Below, in pieces: positions 13,501 to 26,300 of a stretch of DNA of 64,000 nucleotides. The stretch comes from Centroscyllium fabricii. Its lineage: Eukaryota. The notes below the pieces were generated by a model. The model saw nothing but the letters and a program-made list of their open reading frames with translations. It made no database searches and was not told where the DNA came from. Made by a program: the position numbers and the translations under genes. The stretch lies in assembly GCA_051313645.2 (NCBI GenBank), contig JBNRSN020000009.1, positions 36,084,001 through 36,148,000 on the forward strand, written 5' to 3'. Every line of letters starts with the position of its first letter. The stretch's first letter is position 1.

Positions 13501-16500
13501 GGTGATTGACGTCAGAGCTTGGTGAGTGACGTCAGTGCTTGGTGAGTGATGTCAGTGCTCGGTGAGTGACGTCAGTGCTCGGTGAGTGACGTCAGTGCTC
13601 AGTGAGTGATGTCAGTGCTCAGTGAGTGACGTCAGTGCTCGGTGAGTGATGTCAGTGCTCAGTGAGTGATGTCAGTGCTCGGTGAATGACGTCTGTGCTC
13701 GGTGAGTGATGTCAGTGCTCGGTGAATTACATCAGTGCTCGGTGAGTGATGTCAGTGCTTGGTGAGTGATGTCAGTGCTCAGTGAGTGACGTCAGTGCTC
13801 GGTGAGTGACGTCAGTGCTCAGTGAGTGATGTAATTCCTTGTTGAGTGACGTCTGTGCTCAGTGAGTGATGTAATTCCTTGGTGAGTGACGTCGGTGCTT
13901 AGTGAGTGACGTCAGTGCTTGGTGAGTGATGTCAGTGCTCGGTGAGTGAAGTCAGTGCTTAGTGACTGATGTCAGTGCTCGGTGAGTGACGTCAGTGCTC
14001 AGTGAGTGATGTCAGTCCTTGGTGATTGACGTCAGAGCTTAGTGAGTGACATCAGTGCTTGGTGAGTGACGTCAGTGCTCGGTAAATGACGTCTGTGCTC
14101 GGTGAGTGACGTCAGTGCTCGGTGAATTACGTCAGTGCTCGGTGAGTGATGTCAGTGCTTGGTGAGTGATGTCAGTGGTCAGTGAGTGACGTCAGTGCTC
14201 GGTGAGTGACGTCAGTGCTCAGTGAGTGATGTAATTCCTTGGTGAGTGACGTCTGTGCTCAGTGAGTGATGTAATTCCTTGGTGAGTGACGTCGGTGCTT
14301 AGTGAGTGACGTCAGTGCTTGGTGAGTGATGTCAGTGCTCGCTGAATGACGTCAGTGCTCAGTGAGTGATGTAATTCCTTGGTGAGTGACGTCTGTGCTC
14401 AGTGAGTGATGTAATTCCTTGGTGAGTGACGTCGGTGCTTAGTGAGTGACGTCAGTGCTTGGTGAGTGACGTCAGTGCTTGGAGAGTGATGTCAGTCCTT
14501 GGTGATTGACGTCAGAGCTTAGTGAGTGACGTCAGTGCTTGGTGAGTGATGTCTGTCCTTGGTGATTGACGTCAGAGCTTGGTGAGTGACGTCAGTGCTC
14601 GGTGAGTGATGTCAGTGCTCGGTGAATGACGTCAGTGCTCGGTGAGTGACGTCAGTGCTCAGTGAGTGATGTCAGTGCTCAGTGAGTGACGTCAGTGCTC
14701 GGTGAGTGACGTCAGTGCTCGGTGAGTGACGTCAGTGCTCGGTGAATGACGTCTGTGCTCGGTGAGTGATGTCAGTGCTCGGTGAATTACGTCAGTGCTC
14801 GGTGAGTGATGTCAGTGCTTGGTGAGTGATGTCAGTGCTCAGTGAGTGACGTCAGTGCTCGGTGAGTGACGTCAGTGCTCAGTGAGTGATGTAATTCCTT
14901 GGTGAGTGACGTCTGTGCTCGGTGAGTGATGTAATTCCTTGGTGAATGACGTCGGTGCTTATTGAGTGACGTCAGTGCTTGGTGAGTGACGTCAGTGCTT
15001 GGTGAGTGATGTCAGTCCTTGGTGATTGACGTCAAAGCTTAGTGAGTGACGTCAGTGCTTGTTGAGTGATGTCAGTGCTCGGTCAGTGACGTCGTTGCTT
15101 GGTGAGTGATGTCAGTGCTCGGTGAGTGACGTCAGTGCTCGGTGAGTGACGTCAGTGCTCGGTGAGTGATGTCAGTGCTCGGTGAGTGATGTCAGTGCTC
15201 GGTGAGTGATGTCATTGCTCGGTGAGTGACGTCGGTGCTCGGTGAGTGACATCAGTGCTCGGTGAGTGATGTCAGTGCTCGGTGAGTGATGTCAGTGCTA
15301 GGTGAGTGATGTCAGTGCTAGGTGAGTGATGTCAGTGCTCGGTGAGTGATGTCAGTGCTCAGTGAGTGGCGTTAGTGCTCGGTGAGTGATGTCAGTGCTC
15401 AGTGAGTGATGTCAGTGCTGGGTGAGTGACGTCAGTGCTCGGTGAGTGATGTCAGTGCTCGGTGAGTGACGTTAGTGCTCGGTGAGTGATGTTAGTGCTC
15501 GGTGAGTGACGTCAGTGCTCGGTGAGTGATGTCAGTGCTCGGTGAGTGATGTCAGTGCTGGGTGAGTGACGTCAGTGCTCGGTGAGTGATGTCAGTGCTT
15601 GGTGAGTGACGTCAGTGCTTGGTGAGTGATGTCAGTCCTTGGTGAGTGATGTCAGTGCTCGGTGAGTGATGTCAGTGCTCGGTGAGTGATGTCAGTGCTC
15701 GGTGAGTGATGTCAGTGCTTAGTGACTGATGTCAGTGCTTAGTGACTGATATCAGTGCTCGGTGAGTGATGTCAGTGCTCAGTAAGTGATGTAATTCCTT
15801 GGTGAGTGACGTCGGTGCTTTGTGAGTGACGTCAGTGCTTGGTGAGTGACGTCAGTGCTTGGTGAGTGATGTCAGTCCTTGGTGATTGATGTCAGAGCTT
15901 GGTGAGTGACGTCAGTGCTCGGTGAGTGACGTCAGTGCTCGGTGAGTGACGTCAGTGCTCGGCGAGTGATGTCAGTGCTCGGTGAGTGATGTCAGTGCTC
16001 AGTGAGTGACGTCAGTGCTCGGTGAGTGATGTCAGTGCTCGGTGAGTGACGTCAGTGCTCGGTGAATGACGTCTGTGCTCGGTGAGTGAAGTCAGTGCTC
16101 GGTGAATTACGTCAGTGCTCGGTGAGTGATGTCAGTGCTTGGTGAGTGATGTCAGTGCTCAGTGAGTGACGTCAGTGCTCGGTGAGTGACGTCAGTGCTC
16201 AGTGAGTGATGTAATTCCTTGGTGAGTGACGTCTGTGCTCAGTGAGTGATGTAATTCCTTGGTGAGTGACGTTGGTCCTTAGTGAGTGACGTCAGTGCTT
16301 GGTGAGTGATGTCAGTGCTCGATGAATGAAGTCAGTGCTTAGTGACTGATGTCAGTCCTCGGTGAGTGATATCAGTGCTCAGTGAGTGATGTAATTCCTT
16401 GGTGAGTGACGTCGGTGCTTACTGAGTGACGTCAGTGCTTGGTGAGTGACATCAGTGCTTGGAGAGTGATGTCAGTCCTTGGTGATTGATGTCAGAGCTT

Positions 16501-19220
16501 AGTGAGTGACGTCAGTGCTTGTTGAGTGATGTCAGTGCTCAGTGAGTGACGTCGGTGCTTGGTGAGTGACGTCAGTGCTCGGTGAATGACGTCTGTGCTC
16601 GGTGAGTGACGTCAGTGCTCGGTGAATTACGTCAGTGCTCGGTGAGTGATGTCAGTGCTTGGTGAGTGATGTCAGTGCTCAGTGAGTGATGTCAGTGCTC
16701 GGTGAGTGACGTCAGTGCTCAGTGAGTGATGTAATTCCTTGGTGAGTGACGTCTGTGCTCAGTGAGTGATGTAATTCCTTGGTGAGTGACGTCGGTGCTT
16801 AGTGAGTGACGTCAGTGCTTGTTGAGTGATATCAGTGCTCGGTGAGTGACGTCAGTGCTCAGTGAGTGATGTAATTCCTTGGTGAGTGACGTCTGTGCTC
16901 AGTGAGTGATGTAATTCCTTGGTGAGTGACGTCGGTGCTTAGTGAGTGACGTCAGTGCTTGGTGAGTGACGGCAGTGCTTGGTGAGTGATGTCAGTCCTT
17001 GGTGATTGACGTCAGAGCTTAGTGAGTGACGTCAGTGCTGGTTGAGTGATGTCAGTGCTCGGTGAGTGACGTCGGTGCTTGGTGAGTGATGTCAGTGCTC
17101 GGTGAGTGTTGTCAGTGCTCGGTGAGTGATGTCAGTGCTCGGTGAGTGGTGTCAGTGGTCGGTGAGTGATGTCAGTGCTCGGTGAGTGATGTCATTGCTC
17201 GGTGAGTGACGTCGGTGCTCGGTGAGTGACATCAGTGCTCGGTGAGTGATGTCAGTGCTCGGTGAGTGATGTCAGTGCTAGGTGAGTGATGTCAGTGCTA
17301 GGTGAGTGATGTCAGTGCTCGGTGAGTGATGTCAGTGCTCAGTGAGTGGCGTTAGTGCTCGGTGAGTGATGTCAGTGCTCAGTGAGTGATGTCAGTGCTG
17401 GGTGAGTGACGTCAGTTCTCGGTGAGTGATGTCAGTGCTCGGTGAGTGACGTCAGTGCTCGGTGAGTGATGTTAGTGCTCGGTGAGTGACGTCAGTGCTC
17501 GGTGAGTGATGTCAGTGCTCGGTGAGTGATGTCAGTGCTGGGTGAGTGACGTCAGTGCTCGGTGAGTGATGTCAGTGCTCGGTGAGTGATGTCAGTGCTC
17601 GGTGAGTGATGTCAGTGCTCGGTGAGTGATGTCAGTGCTTGGTGAGTGATGTCAGTGCTCGGTGAGTGATGTCAGTGCTCAGTGAGTGGCGTTAGTGCTG
17701 GGTGAGTGACGTCAGTGCTCAGTGAGTGATGTCAGTGCTCGGTGAGTGACGTCTGTGCTCAGTGAGTGGCGTTAGTGCTCGGTGAGTGATGTCAGTGCTC
17801 AGTAAGTGATGTCAGTGCTGGGTGAGTGACGTCAGTGCTCGGTGAGTGATGTCAGTGCTCGGTGAGTGACGTTAGTGCTCGGTGAGTGATGTCAGTGCTC
17901 GGTGAGTGACGTCAGTGCTCGGTGAGTGACGTCAGTGCTCGGTGAGTGATGTCAGTGCTGGGTGAGTGACGTCAGTGCTCGGTGAGTGATGTCAGTGCTC
18001 GGTGAGTGACGTCAGTGCTCGGTGAGTGATGTCAGTGCTCGATGAGTGATGTCAGTGCTCGGTGAGTGACGTCAGCGCTGGGTGAGTGACGTCAGTGCTC
18101 AGTGAGTGATGTCAGCGCTCGGTGAGTGACGTTAGTGCTCGGTGAGTGATGTCAGTGCTCGGTGAGTGACGTCAGTGCTGGGTGAGTGATGTCAGTGCTC
18201 AGTGAGTGGCGTTAGTGCTCGGTGAGTGATGTCAGTGCTCGGTGAGTGACGTCAGTGCTGGGTGAATGATGTCAGTGCTCAGTGAGTGATGTCAGTGCTC
18301 GGTGAGTGACGTCAGTGCTCAGTGAGTGATGTCAGTGCTCAGTGAGTGACGTCAGTGCTCGGTGAGTGATGTCAGTGCTCAGTGAGTGATGTCAGTGCTC
18401 GGTGAATGACGTCTGTGCTCGGTGAGTGACGTCAGTGCTCGGTGAATTACATCAGTGCTCGGTGAGTGATGTCAGTGCTTGGTGAGTGATGTCAGTGCTC
18501 AGTGAGTGACGTCAGTGCTCGGTGAGTGACGTCAGTGCTCAGTGAGTGACGTAATTCCTTGGTGAGTGACGTCTGTGCTCAGTGAGTGATGTAATTCCTT
18601 GGTGAGTGACGTCGGTGCTTAGTGAGTGACGTCAGTGCTTGGTGAGTGATGTCAGTGCTCGGTGAGTGAAGTCAGTGCTTAGTGACTGATGTCAGTGCTC
18701 GGTGAGTGACGTCAGTGCTCAGTGAGTGATGTAATTCCTTGGTGAGTGACGTCGGTGCTTACTGAGTGACGTCAGTGCTTGGTGAGTGACGTCAGTGCTT
18801 GGTGAGTGATGTCAGTCCTTGGTGATTGACGTCAGAGCTTAGTGAGTGACATCAGTGCTTGTTGAGTGATGTCAGTGCTCGGTGAGTGACGTCGGTGCTT
18901 GGTGAGTGACGTCAGTGCTCGGTAAATGACGTCTGTGCTCGGTGAGTGACATCAGTGCTCGGTGAATTACGTCAGTGCTCGGTGAGTGATGTCAGTGCTT
19001 GGTGAGTGATGTCAGTGGTCAGTGAGTGACGTCAGTGCTCGGTGAGTGACGTCAGTGCTCAGTGAGTGATGTAATTCCTTGGTGAGTGACGTCTGTGCTC
19101 AGTGAGTGATGTAATTCCTTGGTGAGTGACGTCGGTGCTTAGTGAGTGACGTCAGTGCTTGGTGAGTGATGTCAGTGCTCGCTGAATGACGTCAGTGCTC
19201 AGTGAGTGATGTAATTCCTT
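4540..19220 (+). repeat. Higher-order tandem duplication of ~7.3 kb within the satellite (boundaries approximate)
   Basis: Rare variants recur at a 7340-bp offset: ggtcagtgacgtcgttg 7741/15081, gtcagcgctg 10731/18071, gttagtgttc 5391/12731. The match breaks near 11880/19220. Confidence 0.85.
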
Positions 19221-20399
19221 GGTGAGTGACGTCTGTGCTCAGTGAGTGATGTAATTCCTTGGTGAGTGACGTCGGTGCTTAGTGAGTGACGTCAGTGCTT
19301 GGTGAGTGACGTCAGTGCTTGGAGAGTGATTTCAGTCCTTGGTGATTGATGTCAGAGCTTAGTGAGTGACGTCAGTGCTTGGTGAGTGATGTCAGTCCTT
19401 GGTGATTGACGTCAGAGCTTGGTGAGTGACGTCAGTGCTCGGTGAGTGATGTCAGTGCTCGGTGAGTGACGTCAGTGCTCGGTGTGTGACGTCAGTGCTC
19501 AGTGAGTGATGTCAGTGCTCAGTGAGTGACGTCAGTGCTCGGTGAGTGACGTCAGTGCTCGGTGAGTGACGTCAGTGCTCGGTGAATGACGTCTGTGCTC
19601 GGTGAGTGACGTCAGTGCTCGGTGATTTACGTCAGTGCTCGGTGAGTGATGTCAGTGCTTGGTGAGTGATGTCAGTGCTCAGTGAGTGACGTCAGTGCTC
19701 GGTGAGTGACGTCAGTGCTCAGTGAGTGATGATATTCCTTGGTGAGTGACGTCTGTGCTCAGTGAGTGATGTAATTCCTTGGTGAATGACGTCGGTGCTT
19801 AGTGAGTGACGTCAGTGCTTGGTGAGTGACGTCAGTGCTTGGTGAGTGATGTCAGTCCTTGGTGATTGACGTCAGAGCTTAGTGAGTGACGTCAGTGCTT
19901 GTTGAGTGATGTCAGTGCTCGGTGAGTGACGTCGGTGCTTGGTGAGTGATGTCAGTGCTCGGTGAGTGATGTCAGTGCTCGGTGAGTGATGTCAGTGCTC
20001 GGTGAGTGATGTCAGTGCTCGGTGAGTGATGTCAGTGCTCGGTGAGTGATGTCAGTGCTCGGTGAGTGATGTCATTGCTCGGTGAGTGACGTCGGTGCTC
20101 GGTGAGTGACATCAGTGCTCGGTGAGTGATGTCAGTGCTCGGTGAGTGATGTCAGTGCTAGGTGAGTGATGTCAGTGCTAGGTGAGTGATGTCAGTGCTT
20201 GGTGAGTGATGTCAGTGCTCAGTGAGTGGCGTTAGTGCTCGGTGAGTGATGTCAGTGCTCAGTGAGTGATGTCAGTGCTGGGTGAGTGACGTCAGTGCTC
20301 AGTGAGTGATGTCAGTGCTCGGTGAGTGACGTTAGTGCTCGGTGAGTGATGTTAGTGCTCGGTGAGTGACGTCAGTGCTCGGTGAGTGACGTCAGTGCT

Positions 20400-23300
20400 C
20401 GGTGAGTGATGTCAGTGCTCGGTGAGTGATGTCAGTGCTCGGTGAGTGATGTCAGTGCTCGGTGAGTGATGTCAGTGCTCGGTGAGTGATGTCAGTGCTC
20501 AGTGAGTGGCGTTAGTGCTGGGTGAGTGACGTCAGTGCTTGGTGAGTGATGTCAGTGCTTGGTGAGTGATGTCAGTGCTCGGTGAGTGATGTCAGTGCTT
20601 GGTGAGTGATGTCAGTGCTCGGTGAGTGATGTCAGTGCTTAGTGACTGATGTCAGTGCTTAGTGACTGATGTCAGTGCTCGGTGAGTGATGTCAGTGCTC
20701 AGTAAGTGATGTAATTCCTTGGTGAGTGACGTCAGTGCTTAGTGAGTGACGTCAGTGCTTGGTGAGTGACGTCAGTGCTTGGTGAGTGATGTCAGTCCTT
20801 GGTGATTGACGTCAGAGCTTGGTGAGTGACGTCAGTGCTCAGTGAGTGATGTCAGTGCTCAGTGAGTGACGTTAGTGCTCGGTGAGTGATGTCAGTGCTC
20901 GGTGAGTGACGTCAGTGCTCGGTGAATGACGTCTGTGCTCGGTGAGTGATGTCAGTGCTCGGTGAATTACATCAGTGCTCGGTGAGTGATGTCAGTGCTT
21001 GGTGAGTGATGTCAGTGCTCAGTGAGTGACGTCAGTGCTCGGAGAGTGACGTCAGTGCTCAGTGAGTGATGTAATTCCTTGGTGAGTGACGTCTGTGCTC
21101 AGTGAGTGATGTAATTCCTTGGTGAGTGACGTCGGTGCTTAGTGAGTGACGTCAGTGCTTGGTGAGTGATGTCAGTGCTCGGTGAGTGAAGTCAGTGCTT
21201 AGTGACTGATGTCAGTGCTCGGTGAGTGACGTCAGTGCTCAGTGAGTGATGTAATTCCTTGGTGAGTGACGTCGGTGCTTACTGAGTGACGTCAGTGCTT
21301 GGTGAGTGACGTCAGTGCTTGGTGAGTGATGTCAGTGCTTGGTGAGTGATGTCAGTGCTTAGTGACTGATGTGAGTGATGTCAGTGCTCAGTGAGTGATG
21401 TAATTCCTTGGTGAGTGACGTCGGTGCTTAGTGAGTGACGTCAGTGCTTAGTGAGTGACGTCAGTGCTTGGTGAGTGATGTCAGTGCTTGGTGAGTGATG
21501 TCAGTGCTCGGTGAGTGATGTCAGTGCTTAGTGACTGATGTAAGTGCTTAGTGACTGATGTCAGTGCTCGGTGAGTGATGTCAGTGCTCAGTAAGTGATG
21601 TAATTCCTTGGTGAGTGATGTCGGTGCTTAGTGAGTGACGTCAGTGCTTGGTGAGTGATGACAGTGCTTGGTGAGTGATGTCAGTCCTTGGTGATTGACG
21701 TCAGAGCTGGGTGAGTGACGTCAGTGCTCGGTGAGTGATGTCAGTGCTCGGTGAGTGACGTCAGTGCTCGGTGAGTGACGTCAGTGCTCAGTGAGTGATG
21801 TCAGTGCTCAGTGAGTGACGTCAGTGCTCGGTGAGTGATGTCAGTGCTCGGTGAGTGACGTCAGTGCTCGGTGAATGACGTCTGTGCTCGGTGAGTGACG
21901 TCAGTGCTCGGTGAATTACGTCAGTGCTCGGTGAGTGATGTCAGTGCTTGGTGAGTGATGTCAGTGCTCAGTGAGTGACGTCAGTGCTCGGTGAGTGACG
22001 TCAGTGCTCAGTGAGTGATGTAATTCCTTGGTGAGTGACGTCTGTGCTCAGTGAGTGATGTAATTCCTTGGTGAATGACGTCGGTGCTTAGTGAGTGACG
22101 TCAGTGCTTGGTGAGTGACGTCAGTGCTTGGTGAGTGATGTCAGTCCTTGGTGATTGACGTCAGAGCTTAGTGAGTGACGTCAGTGCTTGTTGAGTGATG
22201 TCAGTGCTCGGTGAGTGACGTCGGTGCTTGGTGAGTGATGTCAGTGCTCGGTGAGTGACGTCAGTGCTCGGTGAGTGATGTCAGTGCTCGGAGAGTGATG
22301 TCAGTGCTCGGTGAGTGATGTCAGTGCTCGGTGAGTGATGTCATTGCTCGGTGAGTGACGTCGGTGCTCGGTGAGTGACATCAGTGCTCGGTGAGTGATG
22401 TCAGTGCTCGGTGAGTGATGTCAGTGCTAGGTGAGTGATGTCAGTGCTAGGTGAGTGATGTCAGTGCTCGGTGAGTGATGTCAGTGCTCAGTGAGTGGCG
22501 TTAGTGCTCGGTGAGTGATGTCAGTGCTCAGTGAGTGATGTCAGTGCTGGGTGAGTGACGTCAGTGCTCAGTGAGTGATGTCAGTGCTCGGTGAGTGACG
22601 TTTGTGTTCGGTGAGTGATGTTAGTGCTCGGTGAGTGACGTCAGTGCTCGGTGAGTGATGTCAGTGCTCGGTGAGTGATGTCAGTGCTGGGTGAGTGACG
22701 TCAGTGCTCGGTGAGTGATGTCAGTGCTCGGTGAGTGATGTCAGTGCTCGGTGAGTGATGTCAGTGCTCGGTGAGTGATGTCAGTGCTCGGTGAGTGATG
22801 TCAGTGCTCGGTGAGTGATGTCAGTGCTCAGTGAGTGGCATTAGTGCTGGGTGAGTGACGTCAGTGCTTGGTGAGTGATGTCAGTTCTTGGTGAGTGATG
22901 TCAGTGCTCGGTGAGTGATGTCAGTGCTGGTTGAGTGATGTCAGTGCTCGGTGAGTGATGTCAGTTCTCGGTGAGTGATGTCAGTGCTCGGTGAGTGATG
23001 TCAGTGCTCGGTGAGTGATGTCAGTGCTCAGTGAGTGGCGTTAGTGCTGGGTGAGTGACGTCAGTGCTTGGTGAGTGATGTCAGTGCTTGGTGAGTGATG
23101 TCAGTGCTCGGTGAGTGATGTCAGTGCTTGGTGAGTGATGTCAGTGCTCGGTGAGTGATGTCAGTGCTCAGTGAGTGGCGTTAGTGCTGGGTGAGTGACG
23201 TCAGTGCTTGGTGAGTGATGTCAGTGCTTGGTGAGTGATGTCAGTGCTCGGTGAGTGATGTCAGTGCTTGGTGAGTGATGTCAGTGCTCGGTGAGTGATG

Positions 23301-26300
23301 TCAGTGCTTAGTGACTGATGTCAGTGCTTAGTGACTGATGTCAGTGCTCGGTGAGTGATGTCAGTGCTCAGTAAGTGATGTAATTCCTTGGTGAGTGACG
23401 TCAGTGCTTAGTGAGTGATGTCAGTGCTTGGTGAGTGATGTCAGTCCTTGGTGATTGACGTCAGAGCTTGGTGAGTGACGTCAGTGCTTGGTGAGTGATG
23501 TCAGTGCTCGGTGAGTGACGTCAGTGCTCGGTGAGTGACGTCAGTGCTCAGTGAGTGATGTCAGTGCTCAGTGAGTGACGTCAGTGCTCGGTGAGTGATG
23601 TCAGTGCTCAGTGAGTGATGTCAGTGCTCGGTGAATGACGTCTGTGCTCGGTGAGTGACGTCAGTGCTCGGTGAATTACATCAGTGCTCGGTGAGTGATG
23701 TCAGTGCTTGGTGAGTGATGTCAGTGCTCAGTGAGTGACGTCAGTGCTCGGTGAGTGACGTCAGTGCTCAGTGAGTGATGTAATTCCTTGGTGAGTGACG
23801 TCTGTGCTCAGTGAGTGATGTAATTCCTTGGTGAGTGACGTCGGTGCTTAGTGAGTGACGTCAGTGCTTGGTGAGTGATGTCAGTGCTCGGTGAGTGAAG
23901 TCAGTGCTTAGTGACTGATGTCAGTGCTCGGTGAGTGACGTCAGTGCTCTGTGAGTGATGTAATTACTTGGTGAGTGACGTTGGTGCTTACTGAGTGACG
24001 TCAGTGCTTGCTGAGTGACGTCAGTGCTTGGTGAGTGATGTCAGTCCTTGGTGATTGACGTCAGAGCTTAGTGAGTGACATCAGTGCTTGTTGAGTGATG
24101 TCAGTGCTCGGTGAGTGACGTCGGTGCTTGGTGAGTGACGTCAGTGCTCGGTAAATGACGTCTGTGCTCGGTGAGTGATGTCAGTGCTCGGTGAATTACG
24201 TCAGTGCTCGGTGAGTGATGTCAGTGCTTGGTGAGTGATGTCAGTGGTCAGTGAGTGACGTCAGTGCTCGGTGAGTGACGTCAGTGCTCAGTGGGTGATG
24301 TATTTCCTTGGTGAGTGACGTCTGTGCTCAGTGAGTGATGTAATTCCTTGGTGAGTGACGTCGGTGCTTAGTGAGTGACGTCAGTGCTTGGTGAGTGATG
24401 TCAGTGCTCGCTGAATGACGTCAGTGCTCAGTGAGTGATGTAATTGCTTGGTGAGTGACGTCTGTGCTCAGTGAGTGATGTAATTCCTTGGTGAGTGACG
24501 TCGGTGCTTAGTGAGTGACGTCAGTGCTTGGTGAGTGACGTCAGTGCTTGGAGAGTGATGTCAGTCCTTGGTGATTGACGTCAGAGCTTAGTGAGTGACG
24601 TCAGTGCTTGGTGAGTGATGTCTGTCCTTGGTGATTAACGTCAGAGCTTGGTGAGTGACGTCAGTGCTCGGTGAGTGATGTCAGTGCTCGGTGAGTGATG
24701 TCAGTGCTCGGTGAGTGATGTCAGTGCTCGGTGAGTGATGTCAGTGCTCGGTGAGTGATGTCAGTGCTCAGTGAGTGGCGTTAGTGCTGGGTGAGTGACG
24801 TCAGTGCTTGGTGAGTGATGTCAGTGCTTGGTGAGTGATGTCAGTGCTCGGTGAGTGATGTCAGTGCTTGGTGAGTGATGTCAGTGCTCGGTGAGTGATG
24901 TCAGTGCTTAGTGACTGATGTCAGTGCTTAGTGACTGATGTCAGTGCTCGGTGAGTGATGTCAGTGCTCAGTAAGTGATGTAATTCCTTGGTGAGTGACG
25001 TCAGTGCTTAGTGAGTGACGTCAGTGCTTGGTGAGTGACGTCAGTGCTTGGTGAGTGATGTCAGTCCTTGGTGATTGACGTCAGAGCTTGGTGAGTGACG
25101 TCAGTGCTCAGTGAGTGATGTCAGTGCTCAGTGAGTGACGTTAGTGCTCGGTGAGTGATGTCAGTGCTCGGTGAGTGACGTCAGTGCTCGGTGAATGACG
25201 TCTGTGCTCGGTGAGTGATGTCAGTGCTCGGTGAATTACATCAGTGCTCGGTGAGTGATGTCAGTGCTTGGTGAGTGATGTCAGTGCTCAGTGAGTGACG
25301 TCAGTGCTCGGAGAGTGACGTCAGTGCTCAGTGAGTGATGTAATTCCTTGGTGAGTGACGTCTGTGCTCAGTGAGTGATGTAATTCCTTGGTGAGTGACG
25401 TCGGTGCTTAGTGAGTGACGTCAGTGCTTGGTGAGTGATGTCAGTGCTCGGTGAGTGAAGTCAGTGCTTAGTGACTGATGTCAGTGCTCGGTGAGTGACG
25501 TCAGTGCTCAGTGAGTGATGTAATTCCTTGGTGAGTGACGTCGGTGCTTACTGAGTGACGTCAGTGCTTGGTGAGTGACGTCAGTGCTTGGTGAGTGATG
25601 TCAGTGCTTGGTGAGTGATGTCAGTGCTTAGTGACTGATGTGAGTGATGTCAGTGCTCAGTGAGTGATGTAATTCCTTGGTGAGTGACGTCGGTGCTTAG
25701 TGAGTGACGTCAGTGCTTAGTGAGTGACGTCAGTGCTTGGTGAGTGATGTCAGTGCTTGGTGAGTGATGTCAGTGCTCGGTGAGTGATGTCAGTGCTTAG
25801 TGACTGATGTAAGTGCTTAGTGACTGATGTCAGTGCTCGGTGAGTGATGTCAGTGCTCAGTAAGTGATGTAATTCCTTGGTGAGTGACGTCGGTGCTTAG
25901 TGAGTGACGTCAGTGCTTGGTGAGTGATGTCAGTGCTTGGTGAGTGATGTCAGTCCTTGGTGATTGACGTCAGAGCTGGGTGAGTGACGTCAGTGCTCGG
26001 TGAGTGATGTCAGTGCTCGGTGAGTGACGTCAGTGCTCGGTGAGTGACGTCAGTGCTCAGTGAGTGATGTCAGTGCTCAGTGAGTGACGTCAGTGCTCGG
26101 TGAGTGATGTCAGTGCTCGGTGAGTGACGTCAGTGCTCGGTGAATGACGTCTGTGCTCGGTGAGTGACGTCAGTGCTCGGTGAATTACGTCAGTGCTCGG
26201 TGAGTGATGTCAGTGCTTGGTGAGTGATGTCAGTGCTCAGTGAGTGACGTCAGTGCTCGGTGAGTGACGTCAGTGCTCAGTGAGTGATGTAATTCCTTGG

